Shown: in pieces, positions 60,774 through 64,000 of the stretch
How the letters are laid out: each line of letters begins with the position of its first letter
Position numbering within the stretch: the stretch's first letter is position 1
From: Eledone cirrhosa
Taxonomy: Eukaryota
Direction: 5' to 3'
Assembly (NCBI GenBank): GCA_964016885.1
Contig: OZ024740.1
Coordinates: 176,824,001-176,888,000, forward strand
DNA: 64,000 bases
Notes under the pieces: generated by a model
Databases searched by the model: none
What the model was told of the DNA's origin: nothing
The model's input: the letters and a program-made list of their open reading frames with translations, nothing else
Program-made: the position numbers and the translations under genes

Positions 60774-63735
60774 AGAGGGGTGTAATAGCCTCAAAGGGTT
60801 AATCGGTCGATTTGACCTGGCCGATAGATATCGACTAGATTTTCCGACTGCGCCAACCTGGACTTGGGCAAATCGTAGCGGATCATCTAGGTCGTACCTA
60901 GATAGGTTCTTAGTTAGAATTAAGGATAAGGACTTTTTAAGTTGTCCAAAAATGCGCATGGTTGGCTATTCAGACCACAAATTAGTGACCTGCATGGTCA
61001 ACCTTGACAGAACTCATAGACAGGGCCCCGGTTACTGGAAGCTCAACTTGTCCTTGCCGGCAAGTAGAACCTACAGGAATCGGATTAGTACGTTAGTTAA
61101 GGAACGGTTGACTGGAGCGATCGTCAACAGCAGGTGGTGGGTATCTCTAAAGAGAGAGATTAGAGTAGTCTCGATAGAATTTAGTAAGGTTCTAGCTGCG
61201 GATAGGAATAGGAAGGAAAGGGAGCTAATAGATAGAGTAGAAGAGGCAATTAGAAGCGGCGACGTGGCCAGAGTGCTAGCGTCGAGAACGGCTTTGGGCC
61301 AGTTTTTCGACGCGAAGCACGAAGGCTGCGTTGTCCGAAGTAAAATACGTGCTCTAGGGAACGAGGGGACCAAAGCTGTTAGCTGGGCCCGCGTGACAGA
61401 GGCCAACAGTGGAACTAAATCCACCATCCGGTCTTTGCGAGACCTGGATGGACGGGCGATTCTTGAGCCTAAGCAGATGTGTGAGGCCTTTCAAAGGCAC
61501 TTTGCCCGACTGTTCGGGAGGGGCGGGGAGCCGGTTGGGAACGTGGACTTCGGTCCATACCTCGACGGCCTGCCGCGCCTCTCGGACAGGGAGGCGAAGT
61601 CCTGCGAGGAGCCGATTTCGGCCGCTGAGATAGAGGACGTGCTGAGCCAATGCGGCAAACGCAAATCCCCGGGTCTCGCTGGTCTTCCTTACGAATTATA
61701 TCTAGCTATGTCGAACTTGTTCCCCGATCTCCTCGAGGCGGTCTACTGCAACTGGCAACAGAACGGGAGAATTCCCTGTACTGTGACCAAGGGCATAGTC
61801 ACGCTAGTGAGGAAGGACGAGAACAAGGGGGACGAAATAAGTAACTTCTGGCTCATAACTCTGCTAAATACAGAGTTACAGATTTTGGCCAAGGTGCTAG
61901 CAAAGAGGTTGGCGCTTGTCGTGGGCAACCTGGTGGGAGATGCGCAGACATGCGCTATCCCGTCCAGGTCCATCCATGACAACCTCCACCTCATGCGATA
62001 CATCATAGAGAGGGTTGGGAACCAACCCGGCTTTGGTGGGGCTCTGATCAACTTGGATCAATCTAAGGCGTTCGATAGGGTCGACCATGGTTACCTGGAT
62101 GCGGTGCTAGCGGCGGCAGGCTTCGGACCCGTTTTCAGGGGCTGGATCACTGCTATGCACAGCAGCCGCATCTGCTCTAGGGTCAAGGTGAACGGCTACC
62201 TCTCGGAGCCGTTCAAAATCGCGCGGTCCATCCGACAAGGGTACCCTCTCTCCTCCCTTCTGTATGTGTTGACTCTCGAGCCACTACTGCGGAAGTTGGA
62301 GTTGTTGCAGGGCATCCCTTTGGAACCGGGATTGCGGAAAGCGGTGTCGGCCTACGCCGATGACGTGACAGTAATGGTGTCGACGGCCTCCGAAATCGAG
62401 GCGGTCGGCACCTTACTGGAGGAGTACGAAAAGTTCACAGGGGCTAAGCTGAACCGGGACAAGTCGATCGGTTTGCAACTCGGCACGTGGAGGGGCAGAC
62501 CGATGCCCTCCGATACCGTCGTCGGACGCTGGACGGAGGGCCCGGTGAAGTTGCTCGGGGTCTGGTTCGGACCGGACCTCCAGGTGGAGAAAAACTGGGC
62601 GGAGGTTACGAACAGGGTGTTTGCACTGACCCAGAAGTGGGCCAGTTGCAAACTATCCCTGAAAGGTCGGGCGGAGGTGGCGAACACCTACATAGCGTCC
62701 GTCATCTACTACCGCCTGACCGTAGTGCCCTGCCCAAGGGAAACCCTCACCAAGATGGAGCGCGCGCTCTTCCAATTCCTTTGGAAGAGGCGGGCTCCTA
62801 TGGTGAGGAGATCCATCTGCTGTCAACACCCTTCGAAAAGAGGGCTGGGGTTGCCGTGGCTAATGATGCGTAAACACGCATTAAGGCTACGGCACCTCTA
62901 CGTATTCCTCACCGGACAACCGGTGTGGGCCTCGTTTGTGAGACGAACCTTTCCCAGACTCGTCTCACTCACCGAGCTGCAATCCTGGGTCAAGCAAAGA
63001 CCGAGAAAACTGGGCGCCTGGCACACTGAGTGTGCCCAGGCGCTCACCGAACTCTGGCAGGCGGATCCGGTTATTAGTGGAGACTCCACCGCAACATTCT
63101 TTAGAGGGCTGGTACGCAGCAGGTGCGACGACGCCCTCGGAGAAGCCCTAGACATGGAGGAGGACGAACTGGCCAGCCTGTTCGGTAGGACATTCAGCCC
63201 GGGACCTATGGACAACTTCCAGAAGTCCCTGGCCTGGCAGTGCTACCGAGGAGCTTTACCCGTTCGAGAAAGGCTCTACAGACACGGGCGCCCGGGTAGG
63301 GCCCCCGCCAAAAAGATCTGTCCCAGATGCGTGTGCGACGAGGAAACCGTTGCACACGCATTGGTACACTGCTCGGGCGTAGCCGATCTGTGGGGCTATG
63401 TCGAACAACTGATGTCAAGGGTGGGACCGATCCGGTTGACCACCGAGTCTATTGTAATGATCAAGCCGCCTCCCCCCTTCAAAGATGAAGCAGAGGCGGT
63501 GTTTCTGTGCGTAATAGCCATGGCGAAAGAGGTTGTATTGTGGACGCGTCTGAAAGGACTGAGGTCAGGCACCTTTCTCTCTGGCCAACAACTGGTCCGT
63601 TTCTTCCGATATCATTTCGGAAGAAGGATCAGGATGGAGAGAGAGGTGCTGCACCCCAGTCGTTTTTATGAAAGGTGGGTGAAAGTGGCGAGAATGGCCC
63701 GTGTGAATGGGCCTTCTCTTTACATAAGCCTGTAG
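60745..63735 (+). CDS. LINE ORF2 remainder: endonuclease C-terminus, reverse transcriptase and C-terminal CCHC zinc finger (decayed copy)
   Basis: SYLDRF, SDHKLV, GPGYWKLN, KSPGLAGLP, LDQSKAFDRVDH, RQGYPLS, YADD, VKLLGVWF, LSLKGR, CPRCVCDEETVAHALVHC. Confidence 0.93.
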   Translation: MDYVGACPDREGCNSLKGLIGRFDLADRYRLDFPTAPTWTWANRSGSSRSYLDRFLVRIKDKDFLSCPKMRMVGYSDHKLVTCMVNLDRTHRQGPGYWKLNLSLPASRTYRNRISTLVKERLTGAIVNSRWWVSLKREIRVVSIEFSKVLAADRNRKERELIDRVEEAIRSGDVARVLASRTALGQFFDAKHEGCVVRSKIRALGNEGTKAVSWARVTEANSGTKSTIRSLRDLDGRAILEPKQMCEAFQRHFARLFGRGGEPVGNVDFGPYLDGLPRLSDREAKSCEEPISAAEIEDVLSQCGKRKSPGLAGLPYELYLAMSNLFPDLLEAVYCNWQQNGRIPCTVTKGIVTLVRKDENKGDEISNFWLITLLNTELQILAKVLAKRLALVVGNLVGDAQTCAIPSRSIHDNLHLMRYIIERVGNQPGFGGALINLDQSKAFDRVDHGYLDAVLAAAGFGPVFRGWITAMHSSRICSRVKVNGYLSEPFKIARSIRQGYPLSSLLYVLTLEPLLRKLELLQGIPLEPGLRKAVSAYADDVTVMVSTASEIEAVGTLLEEYEKFTGAKLNRDKSIGLQLGTWRGRPMPSDTVVGRWTEGPVKLLGVWFGPDLQVEKNWAEVTNRVFALTQKWASCKLSLKGRAEVANTYIASVIYYRLTVVPCPRETLTKMERALFQFLWKRRAPMVRRSICCQHPSKRGLGLPWLMMRKHALRLRHLYVFLTGQPVWASFVRRTFPRLVSLTELQSWVKQRPRKLGAWHTECAQALTELWQADPVISGDSTATFFRGLVRSRCDDALGEALDMEEDELASLFGRTFSPGPMDNFQKSLAWQCYRGALPVRERLYRHGRPGRAPAKKICPRCVCDEETVAHALVHCSGVADLWGYVEQLMSRVGPIRLTTESIVMIKPPPPFKDEAEAVFLCVIAMAKEVVLWTRLKGLRSGTFLSGQQLVRFFRYHFGRRIRMEREVLHPSRFYERWVKVARMARVNGPSLYISL

Positions 63736-63832
63736 GCGGAAAAGAGGAAGGAACGAGGGAGCACCCCCTCTCTGTGCTCCTGAGGAAAAGGGTTGCACAC
63801 TTTTTTCGGGGGGGTGTGCGACCCCCCAAGGC

Positions 63833-63980
63833 GCCTCCTCTCTATTGAGGATTTTGTTATAAATTTTATTTTTTGTTATATTTTATAACAAAATTCTCTA
63901 TTGAGGATTTTGTTATAATTCTATTTTTTGTTATATTTTATTTTATTTTTATATATTGTTATTGCCTCCTCCCTATTGAG
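63833..63980 (+). repeat. Short direct repeats in the LINE 3' UTR
   Basis: CTCTATTGAGGATTTTGTTATA..TTTTTTGTTATATTTT twice, third partial GCCTCCTCCCTATTGAGGA. Confidence 0.8.
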
Positions 63981-64000
63981 GACGCCTTGTTTTGTAAACT

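Larger units (their letters stand above)
59960..64000 (+). mobile_element. 5'-truncated non-LTR retrotransposon, L1/Tx1 clade; 3' end runs off the window
   Basis: Sharp GC increase; probable ORF1 C-terminal remnant ending TAA at 60293, then APE-RT-CCHC ORF2 and a T-rich 3' UTR. Confidence 0.9.

Noticed and set aside
60134-63829. Antisense and alternative-frame ORFs within the LINE
   Set aside because: By-products of the GC-rich RT reading frame with no independent protein signal.

Overview
AT-rich, microsatellite-laden eukaryotic (metazoan) DNA with no host protein-coding gene. The SINE type suggests a mollusc or cephalopod, but that is inference only. Positions 1 to ~43.5 kb are a homogenised tandem array of 23 complete ~1,885-bp units (spacings 1,870-1,888 bp) plus a deleted 24th unit. 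Each unit carries three near-intact tRNA-Val genes (CAC +, TAC -, AAC +), two decayed tRNA-Val relics and a 5' stub of a sixth copy. All are built on one Val-TAC-type body (GGTTCCA acceptor), and almost all have an atypical T73 discriminator. About 850 bp of each unit is an imperfect fold-back palindrome that places the TAC and AAC genes head-to-head. Individual copies show anticodon switches, including two independent Val-to-Ala (TGC) changes. From ~44.4 to 54.3 kb the array grades into an older, rearranged layer that preserves the ancestral ~1.13-kb three-gene unit and contains one SINE insertion with a 13-bp TSD. The right flank holds (TA)n/(CA)n/(GA)n microsatellites, a non-autonomous Helitron-like element, a Penelope-like terminal-repeat cluster with a hammerhead ribozyme, a second minimal hammerhead, a tRNA-derived SINE and a 5'-truncated, frameshifted L1/Tx1-clade LINE.
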